Below are positions 39,173-49,487 of a stretch of DNA of 64,000 bases, one piece after another. The DNA is from an uncultured Verrucomicrobiae bacterium (GTDB taxonomy: Bacteria > Verrucomicrobiota > Verrucomicrobiia > Chthoniobacterales > JAFAMB01), in the NCBI GenBank assembly GCA_963837955.1, contig CAWIPH010000002.1, forward strand, positions 3,168,001 through 3,232,000, read 5' to 3'. The translations under genes were made by a program, and so were the position numbers. The notes beneath the pieces were generated by a model. That model saw only the letters and a program-made list of their open reading frames with translations, was not told where the DNA came from and did not search any database. The first letter of the stretch is position 1. Each line of letters starts with the position of its first letter.

Positions 39173-40129
39173 TCAAGGTGGCGTGGCTGTGCGCCACTGG
39201 GCTCCCGCTCGCGGGTCGCGAAGACTATTAAGAAGGTCCATCAACGCATGCCGGTAGCTCGGAAATGGAGATACTTCGCCGGGGTTCTTCGGCGCGAGTT
39301 CCGAAGCGTGTTGGGGCAATTCCGCGTGCGGCACGCCGGAATGCCGGTGATGAACGCCGTGATAGGGCTCATGGAGCAGAGTGAAGGCGACGAACTGGCC
39401 GAGCGGCCCCTCTGACACAATGCTCCGGGTAGAGCTGTTTACAGTCGAGCCGGTGAGTCCGACGTGCTCGATGTATTTGCGCCAGCTCTGCATGTTCGCG
39501 GCCAGAAACGCAGGCGCCAGGTACATCCACAGAAAATATTTCCATGCGCCCCACCACGTCACCGCCGCCAGGATACAAAACCACACACCAGCCATCAGGG
39601 CGAACTCCGCCCAAATTCGCCGGCGCAGCTTTTTGTTCCGAATCGGCGTACCGGTGCGGAGAAAAGTGCGTACGAACAAAAACGGCGTGTAAAACAAGCC
39701 GAGATTTAGTTCCAGAATTGCGGCCAGGACCCTGCCCCAGCGCGGCGTTCCAGGAATGACGAAGGGCCAGAGTTCTATGTCCCGTTCAGTGGCCAGATAT
39801 GCGTGATGCAATTGGTGCGCCGCGCGGTAGAGGCTCAAGCTCATCAAGCTAAAGACCCCAATAATAATGCCATCAATTTCATTCAAGCGCCGGCTCTTTC
39901 GAAGCAGTCCATGAGATGCCTCATGGAAGCCGATCAACATCCCGTGCATAAGGTGGCTGGCCGTTAACACTAGCGGCAAAGCTAACCAGATAGATCCAAA
40001 GTACAGGGCGGTACCCAGTGCAGCTTGATTGAGAAAGAAAACGGCGGCGAGGACTGGGAAAGCCGCACGGCTCACCCAATGGGGTTGTTGCGGTTCGAGC
40101 AACGTTTCTGTTGATGGCGTAGTATTCAT
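39173..40129 (-). CDS. Membrane fatty-acid desaturase/hydroxylase family protein
   Basis: Three His boxes HEASH, HQLHH and HGVHH plus EH; transmembrane segments; start at MNTTPS (40129). Confidence 0.88.
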   Translation of the reverse strand: MNTTPSTETLLEPQQPHWVSRAAFPVLAAVFFLNQAALGTALYFGSIWLALPLVLTASHLMHGMLIGFHEASHGLLRKSRRLNEIDGIIIGVFSLMSLSLYRAAHQLHHAYLATERDIELWPFVIPGTPRWGRVLAAILELNLGLFYTPFLFVRTFLRTGTPIRNKKLRRRIWAEFALMAGVWFCILAAVTWWGAWKYFLWMYLAPAFLAANMQSWRKYIEHVGLTGSTVNSSTRSIVSEGPLGQFVAFTLLHEPYHGVHHRHSGVPHAELPQHASELAPKNPGEVSPFPSYRHALMDLLNSLRDPRAGAQWRTATPP

Positions 40130-40134
40130 CGCGT

Positions 40135-41484
40135 TCAGGTCATAAGGGCGGCGATCCGACTTTCTGGAGAGCGACAAGTGCCTGCGAGCACAGCCTCGAA
40201 CAGGTACGCTAAGTTTTTAATTTCCGCTAGAGGGAACAGTTTCGGTCGGAAAAGCCATACTACCTCCAATCCCTCCTCCACTACCGTGATTTCGCATCCC
40301 AGGTAAAAACGCGCTGTACCGGTCGAGCGCATCCGGAGCCGGGCGGACAGTCCGTGCACCGTTATGTCTGGCACAGGATGGTTTTGCAAGGCGAACCGCA
40401 CTTCAAAAATGGGATTGTGCCCCGGTGCAGGCAAGTCTCCAAGCGCCGGTACGAGTTCAGCGAATGGCATGGCATTCGCGAAGGAATCCACGGTTGTTTG
40501 ATGCACCGCCCTTAGGCTCGCGGAGAACGGACGGTCTACATCGACCTGGCCTCGGAGTGGCACAATACCGGCGCAGTACCCCATCGTTTCCCGCACGGCC
40601 TGCTTGGCTCGATTCGCTACGGGCGTACCAACCAGGATGTCCTTCTCGCCTGTCCATTGGGCGAGCGTGACCTGAAAGGCAGCCAGCAGTGCGTTGAAGA
40701 GCGTTGTGCCAGTGACGCGGGCCAGCTCTCGCGCGGCATCGGCCAGATCGACCGGCAGATGCGAAACCCATCGATCGGGCGCACTCGACCCGGTCTCGGG
40801 TCCTTCCAGGGAGTTCCAGAGCCGCCGGCTTCCCGCGAGATTGGATTTCCAGAAAGCGGCCCGTCGCTCCAATTCCGCCGGCTGCCAGAACGCGCGTTCG
40901 GCTGCTCCCCAAGCCGGGTAGGTGAGCGACAATGGCGGAAGCCCCTCGCGCAGACTCATGAGCCCTTGCACATAGGCAACACACAGATCCTGGACGAACA
41001 CACCCAGCGTCCAGCCATCAGCAATGGCGTGATGAATCGCGAACACTAGCACGTGGTCATCGGCAGCTCGCCGGAGCCCCTCGGCCCGGTAAAGAGGTCC
41101 CTGCACCAGATCGAATGGCTCGCTGAAAATCTCTCTCGCCAGATCTTCGACCGCCTCTTCGTGCCTCTGCGTAGACGAAAGCTCGCGGAAACGGAAATTG
41201 GCTTCTCCGCCCTGGCGAATCATCTGTAGCGGCCGATCTTTGCCGGGCAAGAAGGAGAGGCGCATAACCTCCTGCCGTTCTACCACTCGCTGAATCGCAG
41301 CCTCGCAGGCGTGTCGCGTAATGACGCCCCGCATCTGGATAAGGCAGCAGATGTGGTTCGCTATATCCGTCACGGCTACCGGCGAGACCTCCCACAATTC
41401 CCGCTGGGGAAATGTCAGCGGTTGGAGGCTTGCTTTTCCGCTGGCCAGCCACTCTTTAAGAAGGGCGCGCTTGTCTCCTGACAT
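40135..41484 (-). CDS. Stand-alone NRPS-type condensation domain protein
   Basis: PLTFPQRELW, RQEVMR, PFDLVQGPL, intact HHAIADG, DILVGTPVANR; no A or T domain. Confidence 0.92.
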   Translation of the reverse strand: MSGDKRALLKEWLASGKASLQPLTFPQRELWEVSPVAVTDIANHICCLIQMRGVITRHACEAAIQRVVERQEVMRLSFLPGKDRPLQMIRQGGEANFRFRELSSTQRHEEAVEDLAREIFSEPFDLVQGPLYRAEGLRRAADDHVLVFAIHHAIADGWTLGVFVQDLCVAYVQGLMSLREGLPPLSLTYPAWGAAERAFWQPAELERRAAFWKSNLAGSRRLWNSLEGPETGSSAPDRWVSHLPVDLADAARELARVTGTTLFNALLAAFQVTLAQWTGEKDILVGTPVANRAKQAVRETMGYCAGIVPLRGQVDVDRPFSASLRAVHQTTVDSFANAMPFAELVPALGDLPAPGHNPIFEVRFALQNHPVPDITVHGLSARLRMRSTGTARFYLGCEITVVEEGLEVVWLFRPKLFPLAEIKNLAYLFEAVLAGTCRSPESRIAALMT

Positions 41485-41501
41485 GTGGATCTCGGGTTCG
41501 C

Positions 41502-44500
41502 TTAGCGCACGGCGTCCTGGGGATCAGAAGCGTCATCCGAGGCCGAATCAAAGCGGAGCAATCCCTCAATTTCCTCGTCCGAAAGCGCTTCCAAATTCAC
41601 GTCGTCGGTGGACGCCTCGTCCGGCGCCGCCGCGCGTGCTGTGGTTGGCGCGAGTCCCCCATCAACCCTCTTTGCGCCCATGTGCTCAGCGATCAATGAA
41701 ACGATTTGAGCGATCGTGCGCGCCCGGATCAGGCTGGCTGATGGCAGCGCCACGCCGATTGCGCTTTCGATCGAGTTTTCGATCTCAACGCCCATCAGCG
41801 AATCGAGCCCCAACTCCGTGAGCGGCTGGTCGTCGCGTAGAGTTTCCGGCTTCACGCGCAGCACCGAGCCAACGACATCCCGCACCGCTTGCCTGATGAT
41901 GCCCTCCAGCTCTTCCGGCTTGGCCGATTCGACCTTGAGGCGCCAGTCGCTCGTTGCACCGCTCGTCTCCTGGCTTTCAACGGATGCAAAAATGCGCTCG
42001 AGCAAAGGATTCTCCTGCATGCCGCGGAAAAACTGGCGCCATTTCGCCCAATCGACGCGGATCGCCATCACTTGCGTGACGCCTGCGGCCAGGGACGATT
42101 CCAAAAGTCCCATCACTTCCCTCGGTGAGAGTTCCGTCGTGCCCTGTCGCGCGAGGAATTCGGCGACGCGTTCATTGCGAGCCACATAACCCTCACCGCC
42201 GAGAACACCCCAATTGACCGTGAGCGCTGGGAGGCCCAATGCGCGGCGGTGATGGGCCAGCGAGTCGAGGAAAGCGTTGGCAGCGCCGTAACTGCCCTGT
42301 GCCGGATTGCCAAAGATGCTCGAGACGGATGAGAACATCACGAAGCAGTCAAGTTCGAGATCTCGGGTGCCTTCGTGCAGCAACCACGCTCCATGCGCCT
42401 TGGGTGCCATCACGCTGCGGACCCGCTCGCGGGTAAGCGAAACGAGTGGCGCATCGTCGATTACCATCGCCAGATGGAACAAGCCCCGCAGCGGTTGATC
42501 GCCTGAACGAATCTCCCCGATGAGTCGCGCGACGTCCTGTGATGAGCCGATATCCGCCCGCACCACTCTCACATCGACGCCGACCTTGCGAAGGCTTTGC
42601 ACAAACGCCTCTGCTTCGGGCGTGGCTCCGCCGGTCCGGCTGGTAAGCACGAGATGGCGGGCGCCGCTGTCGACCAGCCATTGCGCCAGCACTTTCCCGA
42701 AACCGCCAAACGCCCCAGTGATTAAGTAACACCCGTCCGGATTGATCGCGAAAGCCGGCCGAAGCGGTTCTCCACGCTGGGGAAGGAACGCTTCGGGAAA
42801 CGCTACGACGACTTTACCGATGTGTTTGCCCTGCGCCATCAACCGAAACGCTGCGTCAACCCGGTAGGCGGGAAACGAACGGAACGGGAGCGGACCGAGC
42901 GCGCCCTGTTCGATGAGTCCGGAGATTTCCTCCAGTATTTTTCGGGTCAATGCCTCATCACCCGAGAAGACCGCATCCATCGCGATGACGTGAAATGACG
43001 CATTGCGGCGGAGGGGCCAGAGCGGGATCCGGGCATTCTGATAGATATCGCGTTTGCCGATCTCGATGAAGCGGCCGAATTCTGCGAGACATGAAAGTCC
43101 CATCGGAATTGCTTCGGCGGCGAGCGCATTCAAGACCACGTCCACGCCCCGCCTGCTGGTCAATTCCATTACGGCGTCTACAAAATCAGCACGTCGCGAA
43201 TCAATCACGTGTTTTACTCCCAGCGTTTCCAGCAGCGCGCGCTTGGCCGGACTGCCGGCGGTGGCGATGACCTCCGCCCCGAGATAGTGCGCGATCTGGA
43301 TGGCAGCCATACCAACGCCACCCGCACCAGCGTGGACGAGAACTCGCTCACCTTTCCGCACCCGCGCGATATTCAACAGCGCATGCCACGCGGTCATGAA
43401 AACTACGGGTAACGTAGCCGCCTGCTCAAACGATAGTCCACCAGGAATGCGGCGTACGTCACCGCCTCTCGCCAGTGTAAGCGAAGCGAGCCCGAACGCG
43501 GCGAGGCCAAAGACTCGGTCTCCGGGTATGACATGTTCCACTCCGGAGCCGACCGCTTTCACCACGCCAGCCACCTCGTCGCCGAAGATCCGAGCATCCG
43601 GCGCTTCGCCGGGATACAGTGCGAGCGCCTTGAGCACGTCGCGGAAATTCATTCCCGCCGCTTTCACTTCGATCAGCACTTCGCCGGCACCGCAGGCCGG
43701 CAGCGCGAAAGGCACGAAGCGCAGGGCGTCGAGATGCCCGCGCTCGCGGGACACGAGTCGCAGCGGCACCGCCGGATCGAGTAATTCCTCGCGCGAAGAC
43801 CGACCACGAACGAGGCGCTGAACGTATCGGGCTTCGCCCCGGAACGCAATTTCACGCTCGGCATCCTCGCGCAGCAGCTCGCTCCAAAGCAAGGACTGGT
43901 CAGATGCCGAAGGTTCGGGTGGCAGATCGATCTCGCGGCCCAAGAAATTTGGGTACTCGTTCCGGATGACGCGCATCAACCCGAGGAGGGGTGATTGCGC
44001 TACGCTGGTCGTATTCATCCCACGTCCCGCCGGCTGAGCTCCGCGCGTCACCAAATCGATGCGCCGTTTTGCAGGTTCTTTGATATCTTCCGTCGCCTGG
44101 ATCAGATGGAGCAACGCATCGGTGCCCATTAGCGCAGCATCTCCGGCGGCGTCTGGCCGCGGCTCGTCCAAACTCCACAGGTAAACAAAACGTTCCGGTG
44201 GAGCGTCGTCAGCGTATTCGTGAAGGAGCTGCTTCCAGTCGTCGAGCACCTCTGCCCGCAAAGTGAATGTGTCCGTCCCCTCCAGTGCAAAATGGTCGCC
44301 CCGTCGGGCGACACGGCAGCGGACGCCCAAGGCGTGCAATTGCGAAGCCAACCCGTCACCAAGACCGGAGGCGTCCGCGAAAATGAGCCATGACTTCTCC
44401 GCCGGCACCTCCAAGGGTGTCTCCGCTGAAGGAGAGACAGCGGCGGCAGAATCGTGCCAGGACTTGCGCGCGAGGAGACCGATCTGGCCTTCGCCTTCCG

Positions 44501-47500
44501 GAGCGACCAGTCCTGGCAGTGAAGCGGTCTCTTCGAAGCCCGTCTCCCGTAAGACGACCTCCCATTGAGAGCGCTCCAACAAAGGATGGAGCGGACGCAA
44601 ATCGCGATCGGTAAACCGCCACCAGCCGGTCGTGAGACCGAACACTACTTCCGTCCATAACTGTGGACTAGCGACGTCCATGAATACTAGGTTCCCGCCT
44701 GGCGCCAACAGTTCGTGAATATGTCTCAGCGTTGAACGCAAATCGCTCACCGCATGTAGCACATTGGTGCCGATGATGAAATCGAATGCCCCAGCTTCGA
44801 AGCCTTGCTCGACGCCTGGTTTTTCGAGATCAAGGATTTTGTATTCCACTTCAGGAAAGCCGGCCAGCTTCTGCATGGCGCCGCTAAAAAATGCCGCAGA
44901 GACATCACTGAAGGTATAGGAATGTAAATCGCGTTCGATCAGCGGCAGCACGTGCGAGGCTAGTCCACCGGTGCCAGCCCCAACCTCCAGGATGCGCAGT
45001 CCGCGGCCCTCTGGCAGATGGCGGGCTGCTTCCTGCACCGCTGCAGCGATCGCCGCGAGCCAGTGGCTTGTGTAGAGGCCCTCGCCATAGAACTGGTCCA
45101 GTAACTCCGCTGAGGTCCCGCCGAACAGCACCTGGACAGCATCCTTCTCACCACGCAGGATAGGACCGAGTTCGGCGCAGTTCGCGGCGCAGAGGAGGCC
45201 CTCGGACAAATGTCCGGAATGAGTGGAGATGAATGACCGCAGGCTTTTCTGGGCGGAGTTTGCCGCGCTCGTAAAGGAAGGCGTTAGCCGGTAACTGTCG
45301 TCTTCTCTTATGAGCCAGCCCCGTTTCACGAGGCTCGCGGTTAAACGCTCGAACACAGGTCGCATCGGTTCTGCCACCCGCAGAGAATCGGCCGTGAAGC
45401 CTTCGCTTAGCGCCGCCAGAGCTATCATTTTCTGGAGACCACGGGCGAGTTGCGCCGCAGCGAGGTCATCTCCGGCTTCCATGGCATTCTGAAGCTCGGT
45501 CCGGCCTCGCGTGGCGATCACCTGCTCCATTGCATCCTGCGCCGCGCCGCGCATGCGGTCCAACGATACTGGTGATCGATATGCAGGGCGCGACGCTGCC
45601 GGCGTTCGCTCCCACAGGAGATGATAAAGAACATTATGGTTTCCTCCCGTCGCGCCGGATCGGCGCGCCCCCGAGACGCTGATCGCCCGGAAACCATCCA
45701 CCAGCACACAAGGCCTTCCTGCCTCATCATACAATTCAATCTTGCCTTCGAGGTACTCGCTATTCCACTGCTGCACAGCGGCGCGAACGAGACTGGAGGC
45801 TCCCGGCGAGCGTAGAAACAGAATCTTGGCAAAGCGCACCGGTAGTTTTAGTTGAGCCTTGCGACCCTCTACCGTCGCGGCTCCTGCCGAAAGGATTTGC
45901 ATCGCTCCGTCGAACAGAACGGGATGGAGCGGATACTCACCCGCTCGATGAGCAATCGCGTCGGACAACGAAACCCGGCCCGCCGACTTGCCATCGCCAG
46001 CCGAGAGCTCGCGGATGGGTCGGAACTCATCGCCGTAGCGAAGTCCCATGTCACTCATGTGGCGATAGAAGCCCTCCACCTCTACCGGCGCGACGCCAGC
46101 CGCCGCTTTGCGTTCCCAGGGTGACGACGCAAAGCCCGATTCGGTGCGCTCGCCACGCATCGAGCCTACGACATGCAGTGACCAGGCAGCGCCTTGGTCG
46201 AACCTGCTCTGGATCAAGAAAGTGCGCTCATTCGGATTATAGGAAAACTCGACGTGAAGCCCCGAAACGGAATCCGGCAAAATGAGCGGCTTGCGAATCT
46301 CAAAGTCCTCGACGACAAAAGGCCGGCCCTCGAAGAGCTGCACGCCCGCTTCCAGTGCCATTTCGACAAAGGCCGCTGCTGGAAACACGACTAAATTCTC
46401 GACCCTGTGATCCTTCAGAAAGGCCATGTGCCGGGCATCAAGCCGCGCGATCCAGGTTGGCGTGGCCCAAGGCAGTCGGACATCGAGCAATCCGCGACCA
46501 CCGGAACCCAGACGGCCCTCGCGCCAGTCGCTGGACTCATGCCACCAGCGGCTCTTGTCCCAGGCGTAAGTCGGGAGTGAGAGCAGCCGCCGGGATGGCG
46601 TCATCCTCGCGAAATCCAACGGGACGCAGGAGCGGTGCAGCTCCATCGCGGTCTCGAGCACCGATTCGTGCTCGCGTTCCCGGCGTGCGGAACACATCAC
46701 CGGTGCTTTGCCGCCCCGCCCAGCGAGGCATTCCTGAATCGAATGAATCAACGCCGGGTGCGCGCTGATTTCCAACCAAACGTCCACCCCGAAGTCCGAC
46801 ACCGCGTTGACGGCAGACGCGAATTGCACCGACTGGCGCACTCCACGTCCCCAGTGAGCCGCGTTGCACTCCTGTCCGGCGCACCGCAGGCCAGTCACCG
46901 TGCTGAAAAACGGCACCCCTTCTCCCTGCGGCTTGAGATCGTCCAACGCTTCTTCCAGGGCCTCGGAAGCAGGCTGCATCAACGGGTGATGAAACGGGTG
47001 GTCTACCCGCACGAGTCTTGCGAAAACCCCTTGGAGTTCCAGCTCGGCGGCTATCGCCTCAAGTGATAGCCGGGAACCTGCCAGCGTCAACGAGCGAGGT
47101 CCGTTGAACGCCGCGATCGTCAGCGTGCGGTCATGCCGGGCAATCAGCGCCTGCGCTCCGTCCTCGTCCAGACCGACCGCGAGCATCGTTCCTTCACCCC
47201 GCGCACAGTCATCCATGAATCGGGCGCGCAACACGATCACCCGCGCTGCTTCCTCCAAAGTGAACACTCCCGCGACGCACGCCGCTGCCACTTCTCCAAC
47301 ACTATGGCCAACGATTGCAGCCGGCTGAACGCCCCAGGATTTCCACAATTCCGTTAGCGCCACCTGCATCGCAAAAATGGCTGGCTGCGCGATTTCGGTT
47401 CGATGCATTTGTGAGGCCTCTTCCGAGCGGCCGAGTTCCTCCAGCAGCGAGAACCGCGCCCATGGCCGCATCGCGGCATCGCACCGCTCGATGCTTTGTC

Positions 47501-49205
47501 GGAATACGGGCTCGTATTGCATGAGCTCAGCGCCCATACCCCACCACTGTGGGCCTTGGCCGCTCATGACAAAAGCGACTCGCGGCGCTTGCTCCGGGCT
47601 CGGCGCGAAGGCCATGCGCACCTTCGAGCCCTTCTCTCCCCCTACGTAGGCGTTAAGCTCCTCGACGACCTCTCCCATCGAATGGGCAATGAGGGTGAGC
47701 CGATATGGGTGATGATTGCGCTTGGCCCCAAGGGTGTAAGCCAGATCCGGCAGCACCGGCGAACTGCCATTCGCCTTGGACCGCTCATCTGACCAGGCGC
47801 TCAACCGCGATGCCGAGGAGCGCAGAGCTTCCTCGGATCGGGCGGAAAGAACCAATGGCCACGCGCGCTCTGAGTGGGTGCCTACATGCTCCGGCTGGGG
47901 GCGCGGCGGTGCCTCCGTGAGAAGGACGTGGGCATTCGCACCACCAAAACCAAACGAGTTAACGCCCGCTATGCGTACGTCGCCGCCGGTCTCCGGAAAG
48001 GGCTCCAGGGCGACGGGCACGCGGAGTTTCAGGGCAGCGAAGTCGATGTTTGGGTTGGGTATCTCAAAGTGTAAGCTGGGCGGAATGCGCCGGTGTTTCA
48101 GTACCAGCAGCGCTTTGACCAAACCGGCGACGCCCGCTGCGGTCTCCAGGTGGCCGAGGTTCGTCTTTACTGACCCAATGAGGAGAGGTGCATCCGCCGG
48201 GCGGTCTTCGCAGAGAGCTGCCGCGAGGGCGTGGGCTTCGATCGGATCACCGACCGCCGTGCCAGTGCCATGGGCCTCGACAAATCCGATTTGAGACGGA
48301 GCAACGCCGGCGTCGATGCATGCGTCACGCACAAGCCGCGCTTGCGCCTCAGCGCTGGGAAGCGAGATCCCGTTGGTGTGGCCGTCTTGGTTAAGAGCCG
48401 TTCCAATGATTACCCCATGGATCGGGTCGCCGTCCGCAAGCGCTTGAGAGAGCCGCTTGAGGAGCACCATGCCAGCTCCTTCGCCGCGGACGAAACCGTC
48501 GGCCGACGCGTCGAAGGCCTTACACCGGCCCTCCGGGGACAGCATCGAGGCCCGAGAAAAGCCGATAAATCCGCCGGGCGTAATCATGACGGTGACGCCA
48601 CCCGCCAGCGCCACATCGCCGCGGCCCGCCCTAATGTGTTCGCACGCCGCATGCACCGCCGTTAGCGCAGACGAACACGCAGTATCCATCGCAACGCTCG
48701 GCCCGCGTAGATTGAAGCAGTAGGAGACGCGGTTGGCGGCAATACTGTGTGCGCAGCCGGTGGGCGAGTGCGGACCGATGCCGGAATGCTCCCAAGGAGT
48801 GCCCTGAATCGCCTGATAATCATTGTGAGAAATTCCGACGAAAACCCCGACGTCAGTCCCCCGTTCGAGATCGAGCACGAGGCCCGCATCCTCAATAGCC
48901 TCCCAAGCTGTCTCCAACAGCAATCGGTGCTGCGGATCCACGTAGGGCGCCTCCCGTGGCGAGATCCCAAAAAACTGCGGGTCGAACTGATCAATCCCCT
49001 CCAAAAATCCGCCGCGCCGAGCGATCGACTTGCCCGGCAGGCCCAACTCCGCATCGAAAAATCGGTCGACATTCCAGCGGTCGGCCGGCACTTCACCGAC
49101 CGCCTCGCGGCCCTCCACGAGGAGTTTCCAGAATGATCCTGTGTCATTTACTCCGCCGGGAAAACGGCAGCCGATTCCGATGACGGCGATACGATCCTTA
49201 TGCAT
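41502..49205 (-). CDS. Type I polyketide synthase, KS-AT-DH-cMT-ER-KR-ACP
   Basis: KS DTACSS/HGTGT/KTNLGH; AT GHSVG; DH HRVENLVVFP; MT LEVGAGTGG; ER LVHAGAGGVG; KR TGAFGGFG/IDD/YGAAN; ACP LGLDSLM; no thioesterase. Confidence 0.96.
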   Translation of the reverse strand: MHKDRIAVIGIGCRFPGGVNDTGSFWKLLVEGREAVGEVPADRWNVDRFFDAELGLPGKSIARRGGFLEGIDQFDPQFFGISPREAPYVDPQHRLLLETAWEAIEDAGLVLDLERGTDVGVFVGISHNDYQAIQGTPWEHSGIGPHSPTGCAHSIAANRVSYCFNLRGPSVAMDTACSSALTAVHAACEHIRAGRGDVALAGGVTVMITPGGFIGFSRASMLSPEGRCKAFDASADGFVRGEGAGMVLLKRLSQALADGDPIHGVIIGTALNQDGHTNGISLPSAEAQARLVRDACIDAGVAPSQIGFVEAHGTGTAVGDPIEAHALAAALCEDRPADAPLLIGSVKTNLGHLETAAGVAGLVKALLVLKHRRIPPSLHFEIPNPNIDFAALKLRVPVALEPFPETGGDVRIAGVNSFGFGGANAHVLLTEAPPRPQPEHVGTHSERAWPLVLSARSEEALRSSASRLSAWSDERSKANGSSPVLPDLAYTLGAKRNHHPYRLTLIAHSMGEVVEELNAYVGGEKGSKVRMAFAPSPEQAPRVAFVMSGQGPQWWGMGAELMQYEPVFRQSIERCDAAMRPWARFSLLEELGRSEEASQMHRTEIAQPAIFAMQVALTELWKSWGVQPAAIVGHSVGEVAAACVAGVFTLEEAARVIVLRARFMDDCARGEGTMLAVGLDEDGAQALIARHDRTLTIAAFNGPRSLTLAGSRLSLEAIAAELELQGVFARLVRVDHPFHHPLMQPASEALEEALDDLKPQGEGVPFFSTVTGLRCAGQECNAAHWGRGVRQSVQFASAVNAVSDFGVDVWLEISAHPALIHSIQECLAGRGGKAPVMCSARREREHESVLETAMELHRSCVPLDFARMTPSRRLLSLPTYAWDKSRWWHESSDWREGRLGSGGRGLLDVRLPWATPTWIARLDARHMAFLKDHRVENLVVFPAAAFVEMALEAGVQLFEGRPFVVEDFEIRKPLILPDSVSGLHVEFSYNPNERTFLIQSRFDQGAAWSLHVVGSMRGERTESGFASSPWERKAAAGVAPVEVEGFYRHMSDMGLRYGDEFRPIRELSAGDGKSAGRVSLSDAIAHRAGEYPLHPVLFDGAMQILSAGAATVEGRKAQLKLPVRFAKILFLRSPGASSLVRAAVQQWNSEYLEGKIELYDEAGRPCVLVDGFRAISVSGARRSGATGGNHNVLYHLLWERTPAASRPAYRSPVSLDRMRGAAQDAMEQVIATRGRTELQNAMEAGDDLAAAQLARGLQKMIALAALSEGFTADSLRVAEPMRPVFERLTASLVKRGWLIREDDSYRLTPSFTSAANSAQKSLRSFISTHSGHLSEGLLCAANCAELGPILRGEKDAVQVLFGGTSAELLDQFYGEGLYTSHWLAAIAAAVQEAARHLPEGRGLRILEVGAGTGGLASHVLPLIERDLHSYTFSDVSAAFFSGAMQKLAGFPEVEYKILDLEKPGVEQGFEAGAFDFIIGTNVLHAVSDLRSTLRHIHELLAPGGNLVFMDVASPQLWTEVVFGLTTGWWRFTDRDLRPLHPLLERSQWEVVLRETGFEETASLPGLVAPEGEGQIGLLARKSWHDSAAAVSPSAETPLEVPAEKSWLIFADASGLGDGLASQLHALGVRCRVARRGDHFALEGTDTFTLRAEVLDDWKQLLHEYADDAPPERFVYLWSLDEPRPDAAGDAALMGTDALLHLIQATEDIKEPAKRRIDLVTRGAQPAGRGMNTTSVAQSPLLGLMRVIRNEYPNFLGREIDLPPEPSASDQSLLWSELLREDAEREIAFRGEARYVQRLVRGRSSREELLDPAVPLRLVSRERGHLDALRFVPFALPACGAGEVLIEVKAAGMNFRDVLKALALYPGEAPDARIFGDEVAGVVKAVGSGVEHVIPGDRVFGLAAFGLASLTLARGGDVRRIPGGLSFEQAATLPVVFMTAWHALLNIARVRKGERVLVHAGAGGVGMAAIQIAHYLGAEVIATAGSPAKRALLETLGVKHVIDSRRADFVDAVMELTSRRGVDVVLNALAAEAIPMGLSCLAEFGRFIEIGKRDIYQNARIPLWPLRRNASFHVIAMDAVFSGDEALTRKILEEISGLIEQGALGPLPFRSFPAYRVDAAFRLMAQGKHIGKVVVAFPEAFLPQRGEPLRPAFAINPDGCYLITGAFGGFGKVLAQWLVDSGARHLVLTSRTGGATPEAEAFVQSLRKVGVDVRVVRADIGSSQDVARLIGEIRSGDQPLRGLFHLAMVIDDAPLVSLTRERVRSVMAPKAHGAWLLHEGTRDLELDCFVMFSSVSSIFGNPAQGSYGAANAFLDSLAHHRRALGLPALTVNWGVLGGEGYVARNERVAEFLARQGTTELSPREVMGLLESSLAAGVTQVMAIRVDWAKWRQFFRGMQENPLLERIFASVESQETSGATSDWRLKVESAKPEELEGIIRQAVRDVVGSVLRVKPETLRDDQPLTELGLDSLMGVEIENSIESAIGVALPSASLIRARTIAQIVSLIAEHMGAKRVDGGLAPTTARAAAPDEASTDDVNLEALSDEEIEGLLRFDSASDDASDPQDAVR

Positions 49206-49487
49206 AGAAGTGAGTCACCTGATGTGACCGGAGCCTTAAGGGAAAATTCCGATCGTGACAAGTCAATGCTGTGCTGGGCTCTATAAAGAGGGTCAAACAC
49301 CGGGCGGGCGAAGGGCGGCGGCACTAAGCACGACGAGGGGCGTCCGAGTGAAATCGATGGCTATAAGCTTCATCCTTTTTCTTCTTTTCTTAGTCCCTTT
49401 TTCCCCAGTCCTTATTCGATTAAAGCGAAAGTGGTCGAAAAAACGGTTGTTTGGTGGGCATGCTCTGCACTAAGGCTGATAAATAAT

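Noticed and set aside
41716..49227. Many antisense and alternate-frame ORFs within the PKS
   Set aside because: Expected shadow ORFs in GC-rich coding DNA.
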